From the NCBI GenBank assembly GCA_963693365.1, contig CAVNZM010000008.1:10042293-10106292 (forward strand): DNA of 64,000 nucleotides. Reading direction: 5' to 3'. This DNA is from Amoebidium appalachense. Its lineage: Eukaryota; Protista; Ichthyosporea. Under the pieces are notes generated by a model, which was not told the DNA's origin, did no database searches, and saw only the letters and a list, made by a program, of their open reading frames with translations. The position numbers and the translations under genes are program-made. Shown here in pieces: positions 34,801 through 48,268 of this stretch; the stretch's first letter is position 1, and every line of letters begins with the position of its first letter.

Positions 34801-37724
34801 GAAAAGGAAAAGCAGAAAGAGAGGGAGAGGGAGAGGGAGAAAGAAAAGGAGAAAGAGAGGGAAAGGGAGAGGGAGAAGGAAAAGGAGAAAGAGAGGGAGA
34901 GGGAGAAGGAAAGGGAGAGAGAGAGGGAGAGGGAGAGGGAGAAGGAAAAGGAGAAAGAGAGGGAGAGGGAGAGGGAGAAGGAGAAGGAGAAAGAGAGGGA
35001 GAGGGAAAAGGAAATACAGAAGGAGATGGAGATAATGAGGAAAGAGCAGGAGAAAGCGATACAGGCCCTAGTGGAGAGGGAGAAGGAGAAGGAGAAGGAG
35101 ACAGGAAAGGAAAAGGAGAAAGAAAGGGAGACGGAGAAAGAGAAAGAGACGAAGGGGGAAGCGGCGAGGAGTGATCGTACGACGACGGAGAGGCACGAGG
35201 AAGTGCAGAGAAGCAGCAGTGGCAGGGGGGAGGGGTTGATTGAAAAGGAAAGGCTCGACAGGGGGCGGGGGGGCTCTGTGGGAAGAGAGAGACGCCACTC
35301 AAAGCCGGAGGTGGAAGCGAGAAAGGAAAAACGGAGGGAGGAGGAGGAGACTGAAAGGAACGGAGATGTGTCCGGTGGACATATTAAACGGGAAAGAACG
35401 GAGGAAAGTGGACGTGAGAGAAGAGAGGAGGAGAGGGGTAGGTCGGAGAGCCGACTTAGCAATCGGTCGGAGAGGGAGAATAGCCACGAAACAACGAGGG
35501 AGAGAGACGTAGGGGATGGGAGGAGGAGGAGGAGTATGAGTGAACGTAGAGAGCACGAGCACACGGAGAGAGAGGGGGGAAGAGAGGAGGAAAGAAGGAG
35601 GGGACACAGGGAGGTGGAGGATGAAAGAGCGGAGAAGAGAGCGCGCACGGACAACACGGCCACTCGGCACAGTGGGCGGGGAGACGGGGAGGGAAGGGAT
35701 GGAAGGGAGCACCATCGCGACGGGAGAGAGGATGGTAAGAGGAGACACGAGGACGTGATGATGGGTGGCGGGCGGAGAGTGAGCGATTCACGTTTCTCTG
35801 GCGAAGACAATGCGATGGGGAAGAGAATGAGGATGGATGAGGGCGGTGTGGAGAGGAGGGACGGCCCTAGAGGGGAGATGGGTGGGTGGGGGAGGGGGAG
35901 GGGGAGGGGGAGGGATGGAAGGTGGGGGTGGGACGGGCAGAGGGAGAGGGGTTCGAGGTGGGGGCCTGGGGATGAATGGAGGGAGGCCCCGAGGTTTAAT
36001 GAGATGAGGAGGAATGGCTCTCGGGAGAACAGAGCATCTGATGGGATGTTGGAACCGGGGAGGAGCCGTAGCGCAAGCATGGAGAGAGACAGAGACAGGG
36101 AGAGAGACCGAGAGAGAGGCAGGAGCAGAGATAGAGAGAGGGACAGAGACAGGCAGAGGGGCAGGGGGAGCAGGGACGCGAGTTTGGATCGGGATTTGAG
36201 TATGCGACGTGTGCGATCGAACAACAGTGTCGGTCACCACCCGAGGGATAGATCGGCAGAGCGAGTGAGTGACGAGTTTGGGAGGGATTCCCGTCCCAAC
36301 GCCGCAAAGGAGAAGGAACAAGGAGGGGAAAGGGAGGAGAGAAGGGGGTCACGTGACAGGGAACAGAATGAGTCACGTGACAGGGAAGATGGAGGGAAAT
36401 CACGTGATATGGAACGGGGGGAGTCACGTGAAAGGGAAGAGAAGAGAGAGTCACGTGACAGGGAGGAGAAAAAGGAGTCACATGATATGGAAGAGGAACG
36501 GCAGTCACGTGACATGGAAGAGGGAAGGGAGTCACGTGACAGGGAAGAGGGAACGGAGTCACGTGACGTGAAAAAGGAAAGGGAGTCACGTGACATGGAA
36601 GAGATAAGAGATTCACGTGACAGGGAAGGGATTAGGGAGTCACGTGACATGGAAGAGATTAGGGAGTCACGTGACATGGAAGAGATTAGGGAGTCACGTG
36701 ACATGGAAGAGATAAGGGAGTCACGTGGCAGGGAACGGAGCGAGTCACGTGGGTCCCACGAACGGATCGTAAAAGATGAACCGGTAGGTGGCAACGACGG
36801 GGGGAGCAAAGATTCATCTCGTTCAAGCAGCAGGTCTGAGAGCCGGGGGTCGGAGACGGGTGGTGGGGACGGACCAAAGGATCTGTGGGATGTGGAGTAC
36901 GCGGAAGAGGTGCTTAATGACCCAATGAATGATCCCCGATTAGCCGATCTGGCAGCCGATGCGATGGGAATTCCGATCTCGTTTAATCGGCGTGCAGGCG
37001 GCGGGGGTCAGAGGATGGAGAGGAGTATGGCAGACCCTGGGTCTTGGAGCTGGAATGCGGGAGGTGGGTGGGTGGGTGGGTGGGAGTGTTAGGCTAGGCT
37101 CGGATGCAGTGTATGTGTGCGTTTTGTTTTGTTGCTGTTGTCCCCCCTCCCCTCCCCCCTTCTGGAAGGAGCCATTCCTGCTACATGTTTGTTGTTTTCG
37201 GCTTTCATCATCATCCCCCCCCCCCCCCCCCCCCCCCCCAACACACACACACACACACACACGCACCCCACCCCACCCCTCCCCCCCAAATTCCCCTTCC
37301 ACCTATCCACACCAAACACACAAACGTGTCATCATTTGCACACACCCATTCACCCTTTCACAAATCAGCCTAAGGCGCCCCAATCACATGCTCATCCACT
37401 GACACTGCCCACCTTTGCTCCCCCCCCCCCCCCCCCCCCCCCCTCTCCCCCCCCCCCAAACACACACACACACACATACACACAGTTACACACACTTCCG
37501 CCATACACCTTGCCCTCCCACCCACCACTTGCCCACCAATGCCTACCCGCACAAACTCTCATCTGCCTTTGCAACCTCCTCACCCCGTCTCCGCCTTTTC
37601 CCCGCTCCCCACTCCTTCATTCCCACCCTCTACCTTCCCCTCCCCCCTCCTCCCTCCCCCCCCCCCCCCCCTCCCCCCCTCTTTCTCCCCTCGCCGCCGC
37701 CCCCCCCCCTCCCCAACCCACACA

Positions 37725-37766
<42 letters not shown>

Positions 37767-39222
37767 CCCACTACCCCCCACGAGCCCATACTGCTCCCAA
37801 CCGATGCAACGAAATTTGGGACAGTGGAGCCAACGACCACCACCCTCCGATCAGAGGCCCCAGAGGGGATCGCCTTACCAACCAAATATGGGTGCCGGAT
37901 GGACCAATCAGCAGCAACGTAAATCATGGCCCGACGATGGCCCTCAATCGTGGGTACCGAACCAGCAGAATTTCAACCAGCAAGGCAACTATCCACAACA
38001 GCAACAACGAAACTATCCACAACAAGAACGAAACTATCCCCCACAAGAACGAAACTATCCGCCACAACAACAACGAAATTATCCCCCACCACCACAAGAA
38101 CGAAACTACGCACCACCACCACAAGAACGAAACTATCTGCCGCCACCACCACAACAGCGAAACGTTCAACAACAACAAAACTACAACGCACCCCCACCCA
38201 ACCGTCCGCAAAACTACACCCAACCGCCTCACGCAGAGCGCGGGTTTCCCAATCCCCGCTCTTTCGAACCCTCGCCCCCCTTCCACCAACACCTACCAGT
38301 TCCACCTCCACCCCTGGGACCCGCTCCCCTTCACCTCGTGCCACCCTTCCTTGGTCCCACCCCTCCACCGCCAGTCCCACCACGCCAACCTTCTCCCTTC
38401 AGAGACCAACACCCATCTCCCCCACGCCCCCCCTCCCGGGACTACCCAACCAATCGCACGTCCCCAAGGGGTCCACCTCCGCCCACGCACCCGCCCTCAC
38501 AACCACCACTGTCAGCACAGACAACCGAGAGCCGGCATTCTGTGCATTCCTCACATTCCACACATTCCATGCATCCCCTGCATTCATCGCACCAGCCGCC
38601 GGTTAACAGTGGGCGGTGGCAAGGGGAGCCTGAACGGGCCGGTTCGGGTGTTCGGTTTGGGCCGAACCTGGAGCATATCGATCTTGGGCCGATGGATCAG
38701 TTGCTCCAGTTTGAAAGGCACGGGGCGTTTGTGTTGGTGGTGGAGGGGAAGAGCGGATGCAGCATCAGAGATGCAACGGTATGTGTCCTACTTCTTTTTT
38801 TGACTTCAATTGTTTGATACTCTTGGTTTACCAAAAGAGACATTCCTCGTAAGGGGACACGGGGGAGGCAGGGGGGGGGGGGGGGGGGGGGAGAGAGGGG
38901 GGAGGGGGGGGGGGGGAGGAGGGACGCGCTAATTTCTCAGTGGGTGACACGTGCTTGTGGGTAGGGAGTGGGTAGGTTGGTGGGGATGGAAGGTGTGCTT
39001 TTGGTTTTTTGCACGAGATGGTGTCTGCCTGCCGTGTGTGGCCAAACGGTCAATGAATGGCTTTTTTTAAAGAATAGAGGGGGCGAGGGGGGGGGGGGGG
39101 GGGGGGGAGGGGGGGGGGAGGTGCTGGAGGCATTTAGTCATTAATTGACTCGTTCGCCCACACTGCTACAGGCACCAAGATCTCTATTGTGCATGTCCAC
39201 ACACAGTAACATCTACCCACAC

Positions 39223-39279
<57 letters not shown>

Positions 39280-39418
39280 GCTCTAGCACACGTGCACGTG
39301 ATTGCACGTAAATGTACGTGCTTGTGTGCAAACATACACGCGACATGCGTCCATAAAAGCGTATCCAGTCGCCTGAATGCGCACACATACACAGGCAAGG
39401 GCATGCATGCACACACAC

Positions 39419-39486
<68 letters not shown>

Positions 39487-39580
39487 GTTCGAGCTGATTG
39501 GCCGGTACGGTCGGCATGTCTCGTGTGCGTTTTTGGATATCCCCTCTGCTGCCGAAGGTGTGTTGAAATTTCCACACCAG

Positions 39581-39628
<48 letters not shown>

Positions 39629-39811
39629 ACACACACTCCGCCTACATGAAACAAACACACAAAGACTGCTATATGTACATGCTAAAATTCTGCAAAGAAA
39701 CGAAACACACGGAATTGTAAGACAGCTAAGCGTCAACCACTACGCCCCTCTCCCCTCCCTCCCTTGGGTGCCGGTTTCCCTACACAAGCACACAACACAC
39801 ACAACCCCCCC

Positions 39812-39842
<31 letters not shown>

Positions 39843-40830
39843 ACAAACCTACACCCCCCCCCCCCCCAAAAAAAAAAAAAAAAAAAAAAGAAGAAGACAA
39901 AAAAAAACCATGCACAGATCGAGAGACACATGCAATCTACCCTACACACCATCCCTTGCCACAAATCCATTGCTTCTGACCACCTAATGACCGCAAATGA
40001 AGAAACACCATGCTCATCTTTGATTTAAAACACCCACCAAAAGTATCTACATGCCTCTGTATATCTCCCATGGATATGTCTAAACCACTTTGCTGTTACA
40101 GGGAGAGCGCCAAGTCTACAGGGAGCAACACTGTACGTCTATACAGGTGGGATGCATAGCTACCCCGTAGTGTGTCTATCCATTCGTTAGTGGTTGTCTC
40201 CTGGGATATCTGGTTATCTCATGAGATGAATAATCACCCCGTGTGATACTTGTTATCTCGTTGGATATATGATGGCTTCTTGTTTACTGAATCATTCTAT
40301 GATAAAGTTCTCAGTCGCCCATGCTTGTATAGCCCTGAAGTCTGCCTACGTGTGTAACCTCCCCTCCTCCTCCCCCCCCTCCCTCTCCCTCTTCCTCATG
40401 TCTCCCCCCATCCCCGTTTCCCCCATCTTAGCTGCCCGTCCACACCTAGCTTCGTATGTAGAGCCATTTATACTTCCACTTTGGGTAGGTAACTTGTGAC
40501 AACACACACACTATGTGCAGATAAAACCCGGGATAATGAACAGTTTAGCTCCTGACACAGCTGACGTTTGTTCTCTTTGCAGCTGAAGGCAGGTCTCAGG
40601 TCCACGTTGTTTCCTGTAGCGATCTTTCCAAAGCCCGCGATGTCTTCGACTGCCCAAAGGACACAACCCACATTGCTGCAGCCGCTGTATGGCACTCTCG
40701 CCCCTCCCTCCCCCCCCCCCCCCCCCCCCCCCTCCCCCCCTTCGCCCCCTCCCCCCCCAGCGCATCTCCGCAACCATATACACGGTTTGTCGAATGTTCT
40801 TTCACCCCATATCCGTGTTCGTCTTATCAT

Positions 40831-40881
<51 letters not shown>

Positions 40882-40917
40882 AAAAAAAAAAAAAACACAC
40901 ACAAACACAAACACACG

Positions 40918-40980
<63 letters not shown>

Positions 40981-41500
40981 ATGCACCCACACGTACACGC
41001 ACACACACACACACACATGAATCACATGCACCCACACCTACACATGCATAATCATGTACACACAGATAGACACGCATTCAAGGTCTCCTCCCACATTTCT
41101 CCCACTCCCTCCAGCTTCTATGGGTGAAGAACTCTTCTAGTCGCCCGTCCCCCCTCCCCCCCCCCCCCCCCTCTCCCCTTCCCACACACGCGGACTCCCC
41201 CCCTAGATATACACACACGTGCGCACGCACAGACACACACACGCACACACACGTGCAAGCTTTCCCCCCACCCCCCATTTTGCCCTCTCCCTCCTGCACC
41301 GCGAAGGGAACTCTCCTTTCCCATACCCCCCTCCCCCCCTCCCCCCCCCCCCCCCAAAACCACCCACCCCTCCTGCACACACGGGCTACCCAACCCCCCT
41401 CCCCCCCCCCCCCCCCCCCCTGCGCCCTCCCCCCGTCTCTCCCTCTCTCCATCTCTCCCCCGCCCCTGCCTGTCTCTCCCCTCCCCTCTCTCACTCTCCC

Positions 41501-41532
<32 letters not shown>

Positions 41533-41733
41533 TTCTTCCCCCCCCATTCCCACACACACGCATTCACCCTCTCGAGAACTAACCGGGTGCCGCTCTCCCC
41601 CAGGGCATGATCTATGTGGGGTGTCGGTCTGGGTTCTGGTACCGCAACAGTGGGGAAGGCAACTGGAACACGGTGGCTGATGACATGGGCCCAATCACAG
41701 CCATGCAGGTACAAAATTGCCCTCATCCCTCCC

Positions 41734-41768
<35 letters not shown>

Positions 41769-41800
41769 ACCCACCCACCCACCCCATCCACCCACCCTCC

Positions 41801-41872
<72 letters not shown>

Positions 41873-41973
41873 AATGCACCCTTCTTTTTCCCCCTTCTAC
41901 CCCTTCATTCCTGCACCCACTAACACTCCCCTGTGTTTGCCTTGCTCCTTACGACTTCCTTCCCATCCCCCCA

Positions 41974-42004
<31 letters not shown>

Positions 42005-42430
42005 ACCCCCCCCCGCTCGATAGACTTGCTCTCCATCCCTCTCCTCCCCACACCTGTCAATCCCGGCACACGCCCACCTACACACACGCCTGCACACACA
42101 CACGCATACACGCGCGAACACACACACCTACACCACACCTCCATCCCCATGGCATCTTCCTCTCTCTCCATCTCTTACCTCTACGCCCGGGGCCCCCTGA
42201 CCCTTTCTGTGCATTCCTTCTGCGAAGTATTAAATACTTCACTGCATACACCCCATACCCCCCCCCCCCCCTATCCCTACCATCGTATCCATATACACGA
42301 TTCATAAGTACTGCAAAAGAAGACCAAATAGGTGCTTTCCAATGACTTAGGTAATGGTGTGTGTGTGCCTGCAAACAAGATGGATGCTCTTTTTTCGTTG
42401 AGATATCTTCCCAAACAATGCACTCCTCCT

Positions 42431-42478
<48 letters not shown>

Positions 42479-43200
42479 CGCGCATGTGTGTACGTTTCTG
42501 TGGGGGAGGAGGGGGGGGGAGGGGAGGAGGGGGGGGGGGGGGGGGGAGAGGTCTTCGCTTTTCTTTGAGCGAGCTTTGTCTGACACAACCCTGTGACAGG
42601 TCCAAAGAGAGAACGGGGTGGTCACAACCATCTTTGCTGGTAGGCATTCACTCCCCCCCCCCCCCCCCCCCCCCCTCCCCCCCCCCCCCCCCCCCCCTCC
42701 CCCCCCTTCCCCCCCGATGGGCCCTCTCCCCTCCCCCCTCTACTCTCACAAACACAAACACACACATTGGCCGGGCCGCTGTCCATCTTTTATATCTTGC
42801 TTTTCTCTGGCGGTGCCAGCCTTAACCCCAGGAATGTATACCTGAAACTCTTTCCCCCAAAAATAAAATGTTAGTAGTGGTGGTGGTGGTGGTGGTGGTG
42901 GTGGTAGCATTAGGAGTAACAATAATAGTTATAGTAACAATAATAAGAGAAATAATAATGATGATTTGAAACACAAAGCTAAAAATCGGACGGAAAAAGG
43001 ATAGAGGAAAAAATGAATAACGTCCGATCCACTTAGACGCCCTTTCACAAACCAGCCTCGGTTCACCTACTCACCTTCTCTATTCCTCCCTCCCTTTACT
43101 TGCCTCCGATCTCTTGGCCACATGTAGTCGTCGTCTTCGTTTCTTGTCTTGTGTCGTTTTCGTTTTTTTTTCTTTTTGGATGTTTTTTTTTCTTTTTTTC

Positions 43201-43246
<46 letters not shown>

Positions 43247-43647
43247 CTGTGTGCTGTGTGCTGTGCTGTTACAGCTGAGTTGGTTGGCAAGCACTGCGCT
43301 ATTTATGTGTGATGGTGATGTTGGTTTTGTCCCTCTGTGTGTATCTGCACAATGTCTTGGTGTGGGTGTATGGTCGTGCACTTGTGTGTGTGTGCGTGCG
43401 TGCATGCGCGTCTGTGTGTGTGTGTGTGTGCAACTGTATGCACGTGCTCATGTGGTGCTTGTTTGCAGCCGGCGCACGTAGTTGCATCTCGATAGCCAAC
43501 TGTGCCAACTTGGAGAACACCACCAAGGACTTTGATGACTCCTATGACATCATCACCTGCATGACGGTCAAGGGGGGTGTTATCTTCTGGTAATAAACCT
43601 CCCATATACACGTGCACCCCTGCACACACATCAACACACACCCACTC

Positions 43648-43703
<56 letters not shown>

Positions 43704-44196
43704 ACCCCCACCGCACATCCACCCACCACTCACCACCTCATCCACCCACCTGCTTGCTCGCCCACGTGCCTCCTTCCTACCCTCTGAAACACAGTGTAAA
43801 GGGGAAATTCGAGAGGAAATATAACATATCACCTCCCCCCCCCCCCGCCCCTCCCCCCCTTGTGTGTTGTGGGTGTTTTTTATCACGTCTGTGTTCCCAC
43901 GTCTATGTTTCCCTCATCCAGATTCTTTGGTTTTGGTTCGTGTGGTCCATGTACTCCGGGCCCCGGTGTTTCATGGGGGAGAAACCTGACTTGCCTACCT
44001 GAGTCTCGAATGAGAGAGAAATCATGGATGGGAGGGAACACGCAGTTCTGACGCCATAAATACTGAAATTTGGTTTTTTTCCGGTATGCAGTGGTCATGG
44101 TGATGGTCGGATTTCGACGTTTGATTGGAAGAGTGGCCACCAGCAGAGTGTGTACAAACAGGACCAGGTGGTCACCAGCATCCAATGTATGAGCAG

Positions 44197-44244
<48 letters not shown>

Positions 44245-44302
44245 ACACACAAACACACACAGAGAGGGGGGGGGGGGAGAGGGAGGGAGGGGGGGGGGGG
44301 GA

Positions 44303-44335
<33 letters not shown>

Positions 44336-46207
44336 CAGAGGCACCACCCTTCGCTCACACACACACACAACCACCATTACCACCATCCCCTCCATCCCCA
44401 TCACTACTGAGATGAAGATGGGACCACGTCACTCCACACACACTCTCTAGTCCCCCCCGCCCCCCTCCCCCCCCGGGTACCCGGCTTACGGATACTACAG
44501 CTAAGCCTCGTATCATTTAACATAAATGGGGTTCACGCTCTACACAGGCACAGGCACAGGCACATGGTTGTGTGTGTACTCACAACCACACACACACACG
44601 TCTAGAACCTACTAACTTGCTTGCTCACTCCTCTCTCACTCTCTCCCTCCCCTCCCCCCCCCCCTTCTCTCCCCCTCCCCTCCCTCTTCCAGTTGTGAAC
44701 AAGTGGCTTGTGGCCGGGCTTGGTGACGGTACGGCTCTGATGTGCAGCATGAACCCCCGGGGCCTGCATGCGGCACTGTGCGCATACCAGACAGCACTTG
44801 CCGATAAGGACCTTAACACCTTTGCACTGTGCACCCCCTCGAGGTAGGTGCTTGCTTTTCATACACTGCTTGCTTTGCTTTCACTTCATAGGTCGAAGTT
44901 TTGCTTGCTTCTGATCAAAAGTTGGCATGCTTGTAGTCGATGCTGCCTGCTTCTAATAAAAGTATGCACACGTTTGTAGGTACCGTCTAAATCAAAGCTT
45001 GCTTGCTTTCCAATTCCGTGTTGATATTTGCTAGCTTTTGATAGGTTTTGTGTCAGAGCTTGTGTGCATCCCACTTTCTACATTAAATCTCCATTGCTGC
45101 TCACTGAATTTTACCTTGTGCCGGATATCACACGTTGAACGTATAGATTTTCTCCATCAGCGGCACCAATTCCAACCATTCTGTCGTATCATTGACGTCC
45201 GTATTTTCGATGTGTTTTTAACCTTCTTACACTCCGATCTTCCTTCCCACACACAGGGATTGCTCCGGCAGATACGATCTCATTGTGGTCCGGCAAGAAT
45301 CTCTGTCAGGCCCCGGGTGTGTACGTCGCATCCGTGCATACGATCCTAACGTCGTGGTACCGTGCAAATGGAGGGAGGGGGAGGGGTTCCCTGTGTGCGG
45401 TATGCCCCATGTGTGCTCTGCCTCACTGCAGCAACACGTGGCAGATCACCAGAAGTTTTTCGATCATCACACAGGCAACATAGTACTATGCCTGTGGGAG
45501 GGATGCAGGTATGTATCCATCTCCCCCGACTATGCCCCTTCCCCCCTCCCAACCTCACAAGCACGCACACATACTCACACACACACACACGTGGGCACAC
45601 AGACACACACACACGCACGCATGCACACACACACACACACACACACAACACACACACACAACACACGCGCGCACACCACACACACACACATGCACATACA
45701 ACACACACGCGCACACACACACACGCGCGCTCGAGCGCGCACGCTTACGCACTCGCGCACAAACAAACACCAAAACAAAAAGAAGAAGTAGAAGAAGAAA
45801 AATAAGAAGAATATGGCGATCTCTTGCTGCCCGACCAGCAGTTTCAAACATGTTTGTGCTGACTCTTGTTGTTTTGGCACCAGGGAACCGAATGTCAGAG
45901 TGTCGGTTTTCGGTGACAAGAGCGATAAGGAGGTGAGGAGCCTGCAACAAGGGGCAATGAACGCCCATCTGATGGCACACACGGGGGGGGTGGCGTGCAT
46001 GTGTGCAAGCTCATGCGGAGAGTGGTTTAAGGCAGTGTGGAACGCACTGAATCATGACCACCACGTGTGCTCCATCGTGGAAGGTAGGTGCAGGACCCGT
46101 GTGTGTGTGTGTGCACAAACTGACGACATGCAGAGGAAACAGTGTGTTGGTTTTCTCTCGCTTCTCCTTTTTCTCTTGGCACGTGTGTGTGTGTGTGTAT
46201 GTCTGAG

Positions 46208-46290
<83 letters not shown>

Positions 46291-46316
46291 AAATTTTTGT
46301 GTTGGTGTGTGTGTGT

Positions 46317-46351
<35 letters not shown>

Positions 46352-46870
46352 CTTATGTCAGTACACACGAACTCATATAGCACCAGAAAGTGTCGAGGCA
46401 TCAAGACACTGTGAGCGCCCCAATTACGCCATGTATTAACGACTGGGTTAATTTTTTCAGATGGGTGCAAGTGTGGCGAGGTAATGCTGTTGATGAAAGA
46501 GATTGTGGCTCGCCATCAGAGATCGGTATTCCCCTCCATTCCCCACACCATACCCCTTCAACCACCCCACCCCACCCCACCCCACCCCTCCATATCCAAA
46601 CACAAACAGAGAGAAAGACACACCCCCATACACACACAGAGAGAAAGAGATGGTGAGAGAGAGAGGGGGGGGGGGGGGGGGGGGGAGAGAGAGAGAGAGA
46701 GAGAGAGTGTGTGTGTGTGTCTGTGTGTGTGTCTGTGTGTGTGTGTGTGTGTGCGGTGTGAAACAGTAGGTGAGAGAGTGAGTGAGTGTGAGTGAGGGAA
46801 GATGAGGGAGTTGAGACCGAGTGAAGGAAAAGGGGGAAGGGGGAGGATGGGGGGGGGGGGGGGGGGGGGC

Positions 46871-46927
<57 letters not shown>

Positions 46928-47241
46928 GGGGGAGGGGGGGAAGAGAGAGAACGAGAGAACCTCTCGCTCATTTGCCTTAGGCTCTCTTGCCTTTACCCCC
47001 CCCCCCCCCTCCCCCCCCCCCCCCCCCCCCCCTCCCCCTCCTCCCCCGGGGTGCCCATTCTTGCCAACGGCCCATACACATCTGCAATTGAGTTAGAAAA
47101 GGCACTAGCTGCAGAGGTGACCATTTGGTTATGTGCAAACGAGCATTAGGGCAATATACGCAGGAAGATTTGGTCGAAACCGTGTCAGCTGAATAGAAAA
47201 AATAAAGAATGCCTATGTGTGGTTCATGTGGATGGGTGTTT

Positions 47242-47275
<34 letters not shown>

Positions 47276-47566
47276 CCCTCCCCTCCCCCCCCCCCCCCCC
47301 CCCTTTCTCCCCCCCGCGCCGGGGGGGGGGGGGGGGGGGGTAGAAGATTGTGGAACACAGCTGAACAGGCATGCACATTGTTTCTCTAACTAGGGGTGTG
47401 TTTCCATTGCAGCACAAAGGGACCTATCAGTGTGATTTCTGCCCCGCTGAGTGCCAACCCTACATGCGGGTCTTGGATCACATGAGGGAAGCCCACAACC
47501 AAGATGTTACGTGCAAGGTGGGCCCCCTTGGTTATTTATGGGTAAATGCGTGTGTGGGTGTGTGAT

Positions 47567-47601
<35 letters not shown>

Positions 47602-47692
47602 ATGCATTTTCCATTGCTTTCTTCTTCGTATTATCTCTCTTCGTGCTTGTCTTTTTGCTTTCCCCCTCTCTCCCTCTCTTTTTTTCCTTTTT

Positions 47693-47767
<75 letters not shown>

Positions 47768-48233
47768 GGCTGCCGTAACCCGTTTTACTTTTTGTCATCT
47801 CTTTGTCGTTTTGTATATGAGCACGTTTTTGTGCTATGTTTTTTCATTGCTGCGTTTTTAACATCTCCTAGGCTGTTTTTTGACCTGGAGGGTTGGCCTG
47901 GTATGACGCTGTCAAAAACAAATGATGGGTTGGAAAGTGCGCGCAAGAGGCAAACTGGGTGTTTTTATTTAGGCACAGGAACTCCCCTTATGGTGAGGTT
48001 TGGTCAAGTGTCTCTTTCCTGCACGTTTCGTTTGAGGTCTTTTGGTTGTGTCATGCCTCCTCGTTTTTTCGTGTACCTTCTTTACTTTTGATCGTTTTAA
48101 ATTTTTTTTTATTATTTTTTTTATTTTTTTTTTGGGCCAGTTATCCACTCCCACCACCACCACCACCACCACCACGGGCACAAACACCCACACACCTCCC
48201 CTCCCTCGCTCGCTCCCTCCCTTCCTCCCCTGA

Positions 48234-48268
<35 letters not shown>

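Noticed and set aside
36348-36752. Regularly spaced palindromic repeats that could suggest a CRISPR array
   Set aside because: The units are 27-bp in-frame codon repeats with related rather than unique spacers, inside a eukaryotic exon, with no cas genes.
33292-36809. Long minus-strand ORFs (392, 671 and 191 aa, S/L/F-rich)
   Set aside because: Antisense shadows of the purine-rich coding exon on the + strand.
42015-42034. Inverted echo (GGAGAG-CAAGTCTA) of exon 40102-40146
   Set aside because: Only 14 matching bases with a gap; not distinguishable from chance.
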